Assembly (NCBI GenBank): GCA_951406725.2 | Contig: OX597823.1 | Coordinates: forward strand, 116,188,001 to 116,252,000 | Length of the DNA stretch: 64,000 nt | Reading direction: 5' to 3' | Source of the DNA: Octopus vulgaris | Lineage: Eukaryota | Translations under genes and position numbers: made by a program | Notes under the pieces: model-generated | Seen by the model: the letters and a program-made list of their open reading frames with translations, nothing else | The model's database searches: none | Told to the model about the DNA's origin: nothing | Shown: piece by piece, positions 51,703 to 63,890 of the stretch | Numbering within the stretch: the stretch's first letter is position 1 | Layout: each line of letters starts with the position of its first letter

Positions 51703-52054
51703 GTAACACAGTGCTATTCTGTGTGTGTGTTTGTATGTGTGTGTGTGTGTGTGTGTGCATGTGTACACATACACATATATGCACAAAGAAAAAGATGACA
51801 GATATTTTGATGTTTTGGCTATGTAACCTTCATTGGACTGTCAGATGAAAGCTACAGAGTAAACACTTCAAAGCCACAGTCAAAATTTTCATTATGTTTT
51901 TAGTGATTCTTCAGTTTAATGTGTGATTGCTTGTTTGATTGTTACAGATAGCTATATATAAAAACAAACATTCATACATATGGATACCTATATATATATG
52001 TATGTATGTATGTATGCATGTATGTATGCATGTATGTATGTATGCATGTATGTA

Positions 52055-52108
<54 letters not shown>

Positions 52109-52119
52109 CGTACGTCTCA

Positions 52120-52154
<35 letters not shown>

Positions 52155-52173
52155 GTATATATATACAACACAT

Positions 52174-52211
<38 letters not shown>

Positions 52212-52255
52212 ATATTTCGGAATGGTCATATTGCCAGTTTAACCAATATTTAAAC

Positions 52256-52308
<53 letters not shown>

Positions 52309-52336
52309 ACACATTGAGATATATATACACACACAC

Positions 52337-52791
52337 ATTTATGAATTTATGTTGCAAGATTCCTGATGTGAAGTTGTGTGTTGAAGCAGATATTGTTGTG
52401 TTTCGGGACAACATTTTTCATTTTATCCAAATAAATACATGCATTATATATCTTCATTCTTCACTCATTTATAACCGTTCATATTCCAACTTATGTCCAT
52501 TGTCTGGAAATCTTTTGTCACACATCTTTGACTTCCTCAGCAACACTTTTCATCTTTGTTTGTACTCTTGCTCTGCATATTCCGTTCTGAGAGAATAGAA
52601 TATGCAGAGCAAGAGCACACATAATGATGGGAAGAGTCACTGAGGAGGTCACAGATGTGTGACAAAAGATTTCCAGACAATGGACATAAGTTGGAATATG
52701 AACGGTTATAAATGAGTGAAGAATGAAGATATAGTGTGCAGGTATTTATTTGGCAAAAATAAAAAAAAATTACCATCCTAAAATACAATAT
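52337..52791. mobile_element. Long foldback element F6 (related to F1) with degenerate hammerhead in both arms
   Basis: Arms of about 190 bp centred near 52590; CUGAGGA 52640-52646, stem GUCACA/UGUGAC. Confidence 0.75.
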
Positions 52792-52831
52792 ATTTATGTA
52801 TATGCACACCCACACACACACATACACATAC

Positions 52832-52865
<34 letters not shown>

Positions 52866-52996
52866 TATATGTATATGTATAAATATATATATATACTTAT
52901 ATATATATATTTATTTCTGTACATGTTCTGCCCCAAAGACTATGGTCATGTTGGGCTACTGCCAGTTGTGTGTGTGTGGTGGTGGTGGTGAGGGGT

Positions 52997-53166
52997 ATGA
53001 TACGTTGGCAATGTTCTTCCTTCATCTTCTCTTCTATTGGACTTTCCTCTGTTTCTGAAGAAGAGTGTCTGCTCAAACTGTTAAACCATCTTTCTTTCCT
53101 TCCCAGAGCATCTGCTGATCCTTGCATTGTTGTTTTTTTTTGTGTTTGTTCTTTTTTCTTTGGATT

Positions 53167-53172
<6 letters not shown>
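52997..53172 (+). mobile_element. Penelope-like pLTR end with decayed minimal hammerhead
   Basis: GUUU-CUGAAGA-A-GAGU..GCUC-AAAC (G12 missing)...AAAC at 53051-53086. Confidence 0.5.
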
Positions 53173-53211
<39 letters not shown>

Positions 53212-53444
53212 TATATATGCATACATGCTATTTTGCTAGTCTCACTCATTGGATGGTAGCTATGTTGGGGCACCAGTGGGACCCTAATACTTATTCTAGG
53301 CACATGTGCACTGTGCAGATTTAGCATGCTCTTATTATCTAACACTCTTATTTATTCTTACGGTTTATCTTATTTGATCATTTAGTTATTTCATCATCAT
53401 CATCATCATCATCATCATTTTGCATCCTCTTTTCAAATTGTTGG

Positions 53445-53810
53445 TTGCAGCAAATAATGGAAGGGAATCGGATCTGCTACTTCTGCATTCGCATCCTTTC
53501 AATGGTGTGTCTGGAAGAAGCCTAATATCTTCCTAAGGACCAAGATCCATCTTTTCCACTCATTGGTTCTGCTTGTCCTCCTCTACAACCCTGAGACCTG
53601 GACCATCCTGAAACAAGACCTGAACAAGCTTGAGGTGTTCCAAATACTGTATATTCATCATATCCATTGTTTCTCTCTAAGTGACCATATTTCAAAGAAC
53701 GACATCCGAAAACAATGCCAGAAGCAGCTGACCATTGAAGACCAAGTCTGGCAGCACAGGCTACAGTGCTTGGCCACGTCGGCAGGATGAGCGACAGAAC
53801 TTTGGTAGAA
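53445..53810 (+). pseudogene. RTE-clade LINE C-terminal fossil
   Basis: VWKKPNIFLRTKI...VLLYNPETWT...LEVFQ...RLQCLGHVGRM. Confidence 0.85.
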
Positions 53811-54044
53811 GCAGTGACTAATGCACTGAAGAGACCAATGCAGCACACCAAAGAATCACAGGTGAAACAAATTGGGGAAGACCTGTTTTTGCAGCTTCTC
53901 AACCATGGGCATGCTAAGACCAATGCCATAAATTGGAAAGTGTGGAATACCATCACCACCAGAGTCCATCATCCAGCCATCCAGCAGCTCCAACAGCAAT
54001 GTCTTGGTTGAGAGGACAGCCTTCCATGTCATGTCCGGAAGGGA

Positions 54045-54445
54045 ATGAAGAAGGAGGGGGAGGAGGAGGAGAAAAAGATGAGGAAGGGGAGGAGAAAAGA
54101 AGGAGAGAAGGAGGAGGAGAAAGAAGAAGAAGAAGAGAAGGAGGAGGAGGAAGAATAAGAAGAAGAGGAGAGAAAGAAGAAGAGAAGAAGGAGGAGGAGG
54201 AGGAAGAAGAAGAAGAGAAGGAGGAAGGAAGAAGAAGAGGAGGAGGGAGAAGTGGAGGAAGAGGAAGAAGAAGAAGATGAGGAGGAGAAAGAAGAAGAGG
54301 AGGAAGAAAGGAGAGGAAGAGGAGGAAGAAGAAGAAGAGGAGAAGGAGTAGGAAGAAGAAGAGGAGGAGGAAGAGGAGGAAGAAAGAAGGAGAGGAAGAG
54401 AAGGAGGAAGAAGAAGAAGAAGAAGAAGGAGGAGGAGGAAGAAGA
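54045..54445. repeat. (GGA/GAA)n polypurine tract
   Basis: Read directly. Confidence 0.95.
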
Positions 54446-54588
54446 TCTTGATGATGATATGGGTTGGACAGCTAGTCACAGTATATGATGGTTCTTATTC
54501 AAAGATCTTGTTTTTCTAGATGAGTTACAAGACCACGATTCACTTGTCCGTTCCATTCCGTCTCATACCAACCACTTTGCATTTGATA

Positions 54589-54663
54589 GTAATATATATA
54601 CATGTAATATATATACATGTAATATATATACATGTAATATATATACATGTAATATATATACAT
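54589..54663. repeat. Minisatellite, 5 x 15 bp gtaatatatatacat
   Basis: Five exact copies. Confidence 0.95.
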
Positions 54664-55705
54664 GAATAAAGCGATATATTATGACCAACATATGTAATTG
54701 AATGTCTCTGGGAGAAGGGACCATCTTATGATGTCCCAGTAAACCACCGTTAAACATCTTTAGCATTTTCATATTGCTTCCTTCATTGATGGAGAAATAT
54801 TTCAGCAGAAATATTGTTTGGCCAGTTGTCACAAATTGGAGAGCAGAAGTGTGGAAAAGACAGAATCAACAACAAGAATAACAAAACAAAGAACCACATT
54901 CGGAATGGAAATACAATATTTCTACTGTTTGGATTTAGAATTTGCTTTTAGGCTGACTTCTTTCTTCTTTGCTTTTGTTTTTCTCCTTTCTCATTTCCTT
55001 CCAGTTCTTTATTTTCTTGTTTAATGTTTGCGAAGGGAAATATTTAATTAAAAAGAAATATTGCTGGAGAGCAAAATGTTATCTGAAGCATATTTTCAAT
55101 GTTGAGAAGATTTTTGAGTAATTCTCTGGCTTAACATTTCCAATCACATGCTTTCTGCTCACTAGAATACAATTCAACTAATTTAGAGTAATGATTTCAA
55201 AATCCAAACTACTTAATTCTGAAATTTATTAAATTTCCTGCCTTTTAAAATTTATAGTACAAATTTTCTAATATGTTTAGCAAACAGTATGCATTTAGTA
55301 AAATGTATTAAGGCTGTGTATTTCTGGCAAATCATCTCTTAGCATAAAGACTATGTGCCAAAACAGATATTCCGAGCCAAAATATTGGAGCTTGCTTAGT
55401 GTTGCATTACTATTTGATAATTTCAATTTACTTGATGCTGTGCAAAAGCAGTTTTACTGAAAATACTTTATTGATTCACTTGATGGAGTTTTATGGAATG
55501 GAACACACACTTGCAACACTGAAAATATCCTGGAATTAAGTTTACATAGTAAATTGTTGTATTGCTGGATGGGGGTGGGGGTGATGGTGATGGCGGGTGG
55601 CGGGTGCTGGGTACTGGTTTACGGGTAGTTGGGTCATAATACTTGATAATATTAATTTATATGTGTATCTGCATGTGTATGTATTTGTATATCTCTACCT
55701 ATTTA

Positions 55706-55770
<65 letters not shown>

Positions 55771-55894
55771 ATATGTGTGTGTGTGTATAGTATATACATA
55801 TAAACCCACATGTATTTATATATATATGTATACATACATATATATATATGTATACATACATATATATATATGTATACATACATACATACATACA

Positions 55895-55928
<34 letters not shown>

Positions 55929-56392
55929 CACACACACAACACATATACAAACACACACACCCACACACACACATGAAAATATTGAACTCCAACCAATTAT
56001 GTGAATATGGAAACCTTGGTTGAAAGTCTTTCAGTTGACATTTCCATATTTCATATTCTCAATACATTTGTCCTAAGTTCAACTTAATAATGTTGCACAC
56101 GAGCGAGAGAGAGGGGGGGGGAGGGGAAAGAGAAGGGAAAACAATTTTGTTATGGAAAGCAATTTAGTTTTCCATAGCTAAAAGCCAGATGGAAATTGAT
56201 ATACTTACTTGACTGTACACCAGTGTATTACTGATACCTAGGTATTCAGTTTTAGTGTGATAAATACTGAATATAACATTAGAGTTAAAACTCAGAGAAA
56301 TAATAAGCTTGCATAATAAATGCTTCTATTCCTACCACTCTTTCTCCTCCTCCTCATCCTCTTCATCATTATCATCATCATCATCATCATCA

Positions 56393-56550
56393 TGACTGGC
56401 TGTATGGTTAAGAAGTTTGCTTTCCAACCAAATAGTTTCAGGTTCTCTGCCACAACATGGCACTTTTTGTGAAGTGTCTTCATACATTGCCCCTAAGTTA
56501 ACTTAAATCCTTATGAATGGATTTAGGAGTCAGAAGCAAAAAAATCCCAC
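56393..56550 (+). mobile_element. SINE family A head, decayed
   Basis: tggctgtatggttaagaagtttgcttt...aagtgtcttc. Confidence 0.65.
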
Positions 56551-56577
56551 TTGTGTTTGTGTGTGTGTGTGTGTATA

Positions 56578-56982
56578 TTCTTTTATTCTGTCATTCTTTT
56601 ACTTGTTTCAGTCATTTGACTGTGGCCATGCTGGAGCACCACCTTTAGTCAAAGAAATCAATCCCCGGACCTATTCTTTGTAACCCTAGTAATTATTCTA
56701 TTGGTCTCTTTTGCCAAACCACTAAGTTTCAGGAACGTAAACACACCAACATCAGTTGTCAAGCAATGGTGGGGAGAGGGGTGGACAAATACAGACACAT
56801 ACACACATAAATATATATGTATACAACAGGCTTCTTTCAGTTTCCATCTACCAAATCTCCTCACAAGGCTTTGGTCAGCTTGAGGCTATAATAGAAGACA
56901 CTTGCCCAGGGTGCCACACAGTGGGACTGAACCCAGAACCATGTGGTTAAGAAGTAAGCTTCTTACCACACAGCCACGCCTG
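56578..56982 (-). mobile_element. SINE family A, full length
   Basis: Homologous to 30460-30856. Confidence 0.92.
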
Positions 56983-56998
56983 ATATATAAATATATAC

Positions 56999-57031
<33 letters not shown>

Positions 57032-57140
57032 TATACACACACAAATGTCACTAAATGCTAGACAACACCTACATTGCTAGAAATAAGAGCTAAGATCCTC
57101 TAATGCTGTAGCTAATGCACATGAATGAAAACGTATACAC

Positions 57141-57348
57141 TAACAGGGACCAAAATCCTTCGAAAAGTGCCAGTCAAGAATGCTTAATACTGACACATCA
57201 GTTTCGGCAATTTACTAATGGTGAAGTAAGGCTGGAAAGAGCTGAAAAGAAGCTGGCTTAACTGATGAGGTGAGAGAAACTGCTGAAACTGATGCGTCAG
57301 TATTAAGCATTCTCGATTGACATTTTGTGGACAATTATGGTCCTTGTT
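57141..57348 (+). mobile_element. Foldback element F7
   Basis: Diverged arms about 57141-57213 and 57277-57348. Confidence 0.7.
57256..57308 (+). ncRNA. Type I hammerhead ribozyme motif
   Basis: Stem I GCUUAA/UUAAGC; CUGAUGA 57262-57268; GAAA 57285-57288; stem III ACUGAU-GC-GUCAGU; GUA site 57300-57302. Confidence 0.82.
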
Positions 57349-57351
57349 ATT

Positions 57352-57760
57352 CATTTTTATTCTTTTATTTGGTTCAGCCATTTGACTGCGGCCATGCTGG
57401 AGCACCACCTTTAGTCGAGCAAATCAACCTCAGGACTTATTCTTTGTATACCTAGTGCTTATTCTATCGATCTCTCTTGCCGAACCGCTAGGTGACGGGG
57501 ACGTAAACACACCAGCATCGTTTGTCAAGCGATGTTGAGGGGACAAACACATACACACAAACATATACATACATACACACACACAGATTTATATATACAA
57601 TGAGCTTCTTTCAGTTTCTGTCTACCAACTCCACTCACAAGGCTTTGGTAGGCCCGAGGCTATTGTAAAAGACACTTGCCCAAGGTGCCACGTAGTGGGA
57701 CTAAACCCGGAATGATGCAGCTGGTAAGCAAGCTACTTACCACACAGCCATTCCTGCACT
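57352..57760 (-). mobile_element. SINE family A, full length
   Basis: Homologous to 30460-30856. Confidence 0.92.
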
Positions 57761-57791
57761 TAGAGTATATGTTTTCATTCATGTGCGCTAA

Positions 57792-58059
57792 TGTTGTGGT
57801 GAGAGTTACAACGGCCCTTGTGAGAGATAGACTGGTCCTTGTAAAGTATAAATAGTAACGATCTGAGTGTTTTCAAGAGTTCAGAGTTTGGGGCTGAGTG
57901 AAGTTCATGTTAGTTTGCAGTGAAGTCAGAAGGTGTCAGTTGGTTAGTTCACAAGCAATATTGATTGTTGGTTCGTAAAGAGATTTATTAGTTTGTTACA
58001 TTGCTTTTACTCTTATCTGGTTATCTTATTTATTGCACGTAACAAATTATGTTACAACA
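57792..58059 (+). mobile_element. 5' LTR of a Ty3/Gypsy retrotransposon (268 bp)
   Basis: TGTTGTG...TACAACA termini, TATAAATA at 57847, PBS TGGCGATGAGG at 58062-58072. Confidence 0.8.
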
Positions 58060-58130
58060 TCTGGCGATGAGGCTTTTGAAGCTCACATAGGTTATTTAAC
58101 AATTTGTTCGTGATGCAACTTGTTAAATAA

Positions 58131-59220
58131 ATGGAAGACCTATTATCTTTCATAGTACAGTTGCAAAAACAACAACAAGAACAGCAACAGGAGTGGAGGT
58201 GCAATGGCCCAATGGTTAGGGCAGCAGACTCACGGTTGGAGGATCACAGGTTTCGATTCCCAGACTGGGCGTTGTGTGTGTTTATTGAGCGAAAACACCT
58301 AAAAGCTCCACGAGGCTCCGGCAGGGGGGGGCGACCCCTGTTGTACTCTTTTGCTCCAACTTTCTCTCACTCTTTCTTCCTGTTTCCTTGTCCCCGACTT
58401 CCTACGCAACCGCTGTGCCTGGATGTGCATTCATCCATCCGTCGATGCTCTCGGTGTCAGGGGTTGACCTGCTTTCTCTTCTTCTGCGGGTCTTACGAAT
58501 GGCAAAGGACCATGTTTCACACTTCTCCCACTACAGACGAAGACTGCTTCACTCAACAAACAAACAAACAAACAAACAGCAACAGGAGCTGCAGAAGCAA
58601 CTATCACAGCAACAACTACAACAATTACTGGAGATATATTCAAAGAAGTCTAAAATGAGGTAAGTGTGTTTCTGCCAGATTGCATTTCGAACTTGATTAA
58701 TGAATTCAGTTATAACCCAGAGGAGGGTATAACTTTTGCATTGTACTACAGATGGTACAAGGAGAGTTTTAAGCGAGATTGCAACTCATGGTCAGATGAA
58801 CAAAAAGTGAGATTGTTATTGCAAAAAATTAGCTCCGTTAGAGCTTGAACATTACTGTAATTTCATATCGCCACAAAACCCAGTGCAGTTTGTTTTAAAG
58901 AAACAATAGAATTACTGTGTAACATATTCAGTGATAAAACTTCTCTATTTAACACTGGAATGGAATGTTGGACTATAACGAAAAATGAGTATGATGAATT
59001 TATCATATACGCAGAAACAGTCAACAGGCTGTGCGAAAGTTTTAAACTCAAAGAACTTGCACCTGAGATGTTCAGGTGTCTTCTTTTCATACAAGGCCTT
59101 ACAGCAAGTGAAGGTATAGAAATTTGGGCAATTCTTTCTAAATTGGAACAAGAGAAACAAAATCTAATCTTACAGCCCATGGCAGAAGAATTCAAAAAAG
59201 ATGATCAACCTGAAATCTGA
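58131..59220 (+). pseudogene. Ty3/Gypsy gag, disrupted and 3' truncated
   Basis: Q-rich N-terminus, EFSYNPEEGITF..YYRWY...WSDEQKVRLLL, FRCLLFIQGL; SINE insertion and frameshifts; no pol or 3' LTR seen. Confidence 0.8.
58194..58574 (+). mobile_element. SINE family E inserted in gag
   Basis: 14-bp TSD aacagcaacaggag at 58180-58193 and 58575-58588; (CAAA)n tail. Confidence 0.92.
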
Positions 59221-59720
59221 CCACAGTCAAATGACTGAAGCAAGTGAAAGAATTTAAAGAGTATTCAAAGATATAACAACTGTAAATATATATTCTAAAG
59301 TGGGTAAGTTTTAGCCCACTCTGGGATCATGTTCAAGTTTGGGGACATAACCACTGTAACTATTCTTCTATAGATGAACAACTTTTATCCAGTTTGAGGT
59401 CATTAGATATCCAAAAATTTAACACTTGTTGCATTCCTGGATACATTCTAAAGATGGATTGCATAAATTAGAGATAGTATTCTTAGTACCAACTAATCTT
59501 CTACATAGGAGTTAAAGAGACCAACCAGTTCTTCAGGGTAAATTAAAATTAATTAGAATTTGACTTGTTATAGTTAAAGTGAGCTGCTCTTCACATGATA
59601 CATCTTCCAACATAGAATTCCTGAAATTTATGGTTGACTGCAAGATTTGGGTTCCTAAACTGTTTTGATACATTTTTTTTTTATTTGTGTCTTATCTGCT
59701 GTAATATATTGTATTTGTAA

Positions 59721-60138
59721 GGCAGCGAGCTGGCAGAAGCATTGGCATGCTGGGGGGAAACGCTTGGTGGTATTGCATCTGTTTTTATATCCTGAGTTCA
59801 TATTCCACCAAGGGCGACTTTGCTTTTCATCCTTTCAGGGTTGATAAATTAAGTACCAGTTGTGTACTGGTTTGATCTAATTGACTGTCCCCTCACTTCC
59901 CAGAAATTTCAGCCCTTGTGCCTAGAATAGAAAAACAAAAATAATATTCTGTATTTGAACTGCTGAAACAATAAGCACACTGGAGAAGATGCAAAATGGT
60001 ATTTCGTTTGACTTTATGTTTTGAGTTCAAGTTCTTGCGGCATTGATAAAACAAGTACCAGACTAGTTCTGGGACTGAAGTAACTGACCAGAGACCTTCC
60101 CTAAAATTTCAGGTCTTCTACCTATAGTATAAAGAAAT
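59721..60138 (+). mobile_element. Two decayed SINE C copies
   Basis: About 59721-59935 and 59985-60138, type-2 tails. Confidence 0.75.
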
Positions 60139-60533
60139 TAAAAAAATATGTTGAATTTGAACTCATTTGCCAATTATTTCATTTTTCTTTTTTTTTTTTG
60201 CTAATGTTTTTCCAACATGTTTGACATTGAATTATTGGCAAACTAAGAATTTCTCCAAAAATACTTGACTTGTCTGGCCTTCCTTACTTCATTTTACCAA
60301 ATAAAGCAACATTATTTGTATTTCATATAAAACTCTTGGCATTCCTTTTTCTTCCTTACTGAATCTCTTGATACAGTTGAAGATTTCTCAAGAATAACTT
60401 TCTAAATTGGTTCCTTGCTCTTTTCCCACCACTTTGCTTTGCATTTCTGATACATTATTTACCGTTAAATATCTTTGACTAACCTCTCCAAGACATTTCT
60501 ACAAACAATTGCTATGACTCTTACTATAATGTT

Positions 60534-60837
60534 GGGAGGCACATGGCCTAGTGGTTAGAGCAGCAGACTCATGGTCGAGGGATCGTGGGTTCGAATCTCG
60601 GACTGGGCGATGTGTGTGTTTATGAGCGAAACATCTAAGTTCCACGTGGCTCAGGCAGATGGTAATGGCGAACTTCTGCTGACCCTTTTGCCACAACTTT
60701 CTCTCACTCTTTCCTCCTGCATCTTGCAGCTCACTTGCAATGGACCGGCGTCCCGTCCAGGTGGGGAACCTATACACCAAGGAAACTGGGAAACTGGCCC
60801 TTATGAACCAGGCAGGGCTCGAGAAGGAACAAACAAA
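60534..60837 (+). mobile_element. Chimeric SINE, E-type head with B'-like tail
   Basis: TSD ttactataatgtt; tRNA A and B boxes. Confidence 0.85.
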
Positions 60838-60866
60838 TTACTATAATGTTAATTATTTTTCTCATA

Positions 60867-61080
60867 TTGATTTCAAATTTTGGCACAAGACCAGCAATTT
60901 CAGGGAAGTGAGCTAGTCAATTACTTTGATCCCAATGCTCAACTGGTACTTATTTTATCAACCCTAAATGGATTAAAGGCAAAGTCAACTTAGGTGGCAT
61001 TTGAACTCAGAATGTAAAGACAAAGGAAATGCCTCTGAGCATTTTACCTGCATGCTAATGATTCTGCCAACTCATCACCT
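60867..61080 (-). mobile_element. SINE family C (type-2 tail)
   Basis: Family C body. Confidence 0.82.
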
Positions 61081-61130
61081 TAATTAGTTTTCTCATATTT
61101 AAAACTGATATTTTTGAAAAACTTAACTCT

Positions 61131-61528
61131 AGGTGTAGGAGGGGCTGTGTGGTAAGTAGCTTGCTTATGAACCACATGGTTCCGGGTTCAGTCCCACTGC
61201 GTGACACCTTGGGCAAGTGTCTTCTACTATAGCCTCAAGCCAACCAATGCCTTGTGAGTGGATTTGGTAGATGGAAACTGAAAGAAGCCTATCATATATT
61301 AATATATATGTGTGTGTCTGTGTTTGTCCCCCCAACATCTCTTGACAACTGATGCTGGTGTGTTTACGTTCCCGTAACTTAGCAGTTCGGCAAAAGAGAC
61401 TGATAGAATAAGTACTAGGCTTACAAAGAATAAGTCCTGGGGTCGATTTGCTTTACTAAAGGCAGTACTCCAGAATGGCCACAGTCAAGCGACTGAAACA
61501 AGTAAAAGAGTAAAAGAGTAAAAGAGTA
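61131..61528 (+). mobile_element. SINE family A, full length
   Basis: tRNA head, (AAAGAGTA)n tail. Confidence 0.92.
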
Positions 61529-62060
61529 ATGAATATTAAGAAATCCATCAATATTAGGATTTATTCCTCCTTGGATGCATATGTCTGTGTCCTTTCCATT
61601 CGGATGGGGTTATTTGTTACATTCCACATAACTTAATATATCTGCCACCTTCCATCATTTAACATCCATGTTCCAAGCTGGAATGGGTTGATAAAATCCC
61701 ACATGTCTAAGGACTGCATCATGTTCCACTCACTGCTGTGGCACGTTGTCTACAGTTGGACAACGTGCCCTTCTTAATGCCAACTCCTTTACAGTTTGTA
61801 TTGGGTGCCTTTTTTTCCTGTCACTGACACTAGTGAAGCTGTCATGCAGTTTGAAAGATTATGAACCCAGAGGGGGCACCTTTTTATTAGATGAGAGATA
61901 AAAGGAGGAAGAAGTTTGAGAAAAGGAGCCAGTGCAGAAGGAGCTACATGACTACTCCCATTTTAGAAGTGAGGGTAGGAGTGATTTAGTGGAGCTAGAG
62001 TGATCAGGAGGAGGAGGTTGGAGTTTACTGACAGTGATGAACATCAGACTACTAATTTTA

Positions 62061-62630
62061 TTGGGTTGTCCGGAAAGTTTGTGCCGATGATAGTAGCTTA
62101 CCTTTTGACTTATTTTAGAACATGGTTGAGTTCATAAAACAAGATTTGACTACACCTCCATTTAGAGCACAGTTTAAGCTATCTTTTCTTGGAAGAAGGT
62201 TTATGTTCCTATAACCTGTGTTAATTCTGTAAGCCTTTAAAATGGAAGATAAGAAAGTTCATTTTTGACACTTGATGCTTTGCTTTGGGAACCAGACAAA
62301 AATTGCTGCAGCTCGGCTGGGATGTGTTACCCCACCCTCCATATTCACCAGATATTGCTACTTCGGATTTCCACTTATTCAGGTCTCTGCAGAATAGTCT
62401 TAATGGTAAAAATTTCAATTCCTTCAATTACGTAAAAAAATACCTTGATGAATTCTTTGCCATGAAACCACCTCAATTCTGGGAAGAGGGTATTTTCAAG
62501 TTAAAGGAAAGATGGAGATGTATTCTGCAACAAAATGGTTTATATTTGGTTGATTAAAAATGTAATGACAAGTATTTATTGACCTTTTCCTTTCCTTTAA
62601 AAATCGACGCAAGCTTTCCGGACAACCCAA
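62061..62630 (+). mobile_element. Internally deleted mariner (570 bp), same family as 2729-4014
   Basis: Both TIRs and TA flanks present; about 715 bp of the transposase missing. Confidence 0.95.
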
Positions 62631-63699
62631 TAAAAAGGCTGACATGAGCAGGAAGAGAGTGGGATGAAGTTGGGCAGGTTGCAGGAATGAGTAGGGAAGA
62701 GAGAGGCAGTTGCAGTGCATGAGGAGAGTGGGAGGTTGCATGAGGTTGTGAGGAGGAAAGTTAGTTGTTGACTCAGTGGGAGTGAGGTTGTGGTGGGGTC
62801 AATGGAAGTGTGGGTGCTACTAAAATTGAGCAAATTCTCATTATCACATTGACTGTCTTTTTAAACTTTGATATTTACAACTGACAGAAAATGGTAATCT
62901 GATTCCCCACATTAATAATATATCTCACTGGAAGTGTGTTGACAACTAATCTATTTTCTGCAGCTCAGAATATCCGCTTATAAAAGTCCATCTAGAGGTA
63001 ATTCCAAATATCTAAATGGATGTTGGCTATTATGTTGCAATATGTCCAACGACTAAACTATTCCACAGCCCCCCCTCACCCCCACCCCATTAATTTTTAT
63101 TATTCTCTTAATATTTATAATTACTGATGATGTTATTACTTGTAACATCTTAACTTGTTATCCTTAACATTGCTTCTGAAATTTCAAGATCACACAATTC
63201 TAATATCGTTAAGAGATTCTTAACGGTCTTTGCTATATTTTATTTAGGTATTTAAAAGCTATAATCCCAAATTATTGTTAATAAATTTTAAAATACATAA
63301 TGCCATTAGTACAAGCCTGGAATTGTTGGATAATGCAGTCTAAGAACTTGTCTTCTAATCACAATATTAAGTTTCTTTAACTGGTTAGATAAATAGTGAA
63401 TGGCCACATAGTATATAGTTTATGAATACTAGAAGAAAATAATGCCTATCAGACTGGCATCATATTGGTGTTTAGTTGCATTGAGCTTGTGCCAGATAAT
63501 TCTAACGTTGTAGCAACAGAGGAAATATTAGTGTTTGTATGTATATGTGTGTGTGTGTGTGTGATTGTGTAGTATAAAGTCCTAGTATAAGACTTACAAG
63601 TATTTCCAGAAGCAGTTTATGGCTTTCTGTTAACTAGGTGACATGGTTAGCTTCAAAGAAGGGTGTTTTAAATGTTAAATAGTGATAACTAGTGCTTGA

Positions 63700-63890
63700 A
63701 AAATCCCAACTACTCATCCTTGCCACTAAACCTTTTTCTATTTTCTCTCCCTGTTTATTTCTCTGTTCCTTTCTGTTGAAGAGCATAGGCTCGAAATGTA
63801 AAAGACTTTCTCACTTCCCGAGCATTAAACTAATACATCTGTTTGTTGTTTACACACCCATCTTCATCTTTTGCTTTTTGTAAAATCTCT
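63700..63890 (+). mobile_element. Penelope-like pLTR end
   Basis: Second copy at 41410-41540 (minus); pyrimidine-rich lead-in; ends at (TA)n. Confidence 0.6.
63769..63804 (+). ncRNA. Minimal type I hammerhead variant (A6U)
   Basis: CUUU-CUGUUGA-A-GAGC-AUAG-GCUC-GAAA-UG-UA-AAAG. Confidence 0.6.

Noticed and set aside
51803-51836. Minus-strand ccaatgaaggttacatagccaaaacatc, possible eroded hammerhead
   Set aside because: Needs several core substitutions; not supportable from one copy
53856-54488. E/R/G-rich and S/L/P-rich ORFs (also 16777-17315)
   Set aside because: Translations of (GGA/GAA)n tracts
58131-58658. 175-aa ORF with polyQ as a host gene
   Set aside because: Gag start read through into a SINE insertion
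62632-62830. Possible Penelope RT N-terminal remnant on the minus strand
   Set aside because: Similarity too vague to call without a profile search
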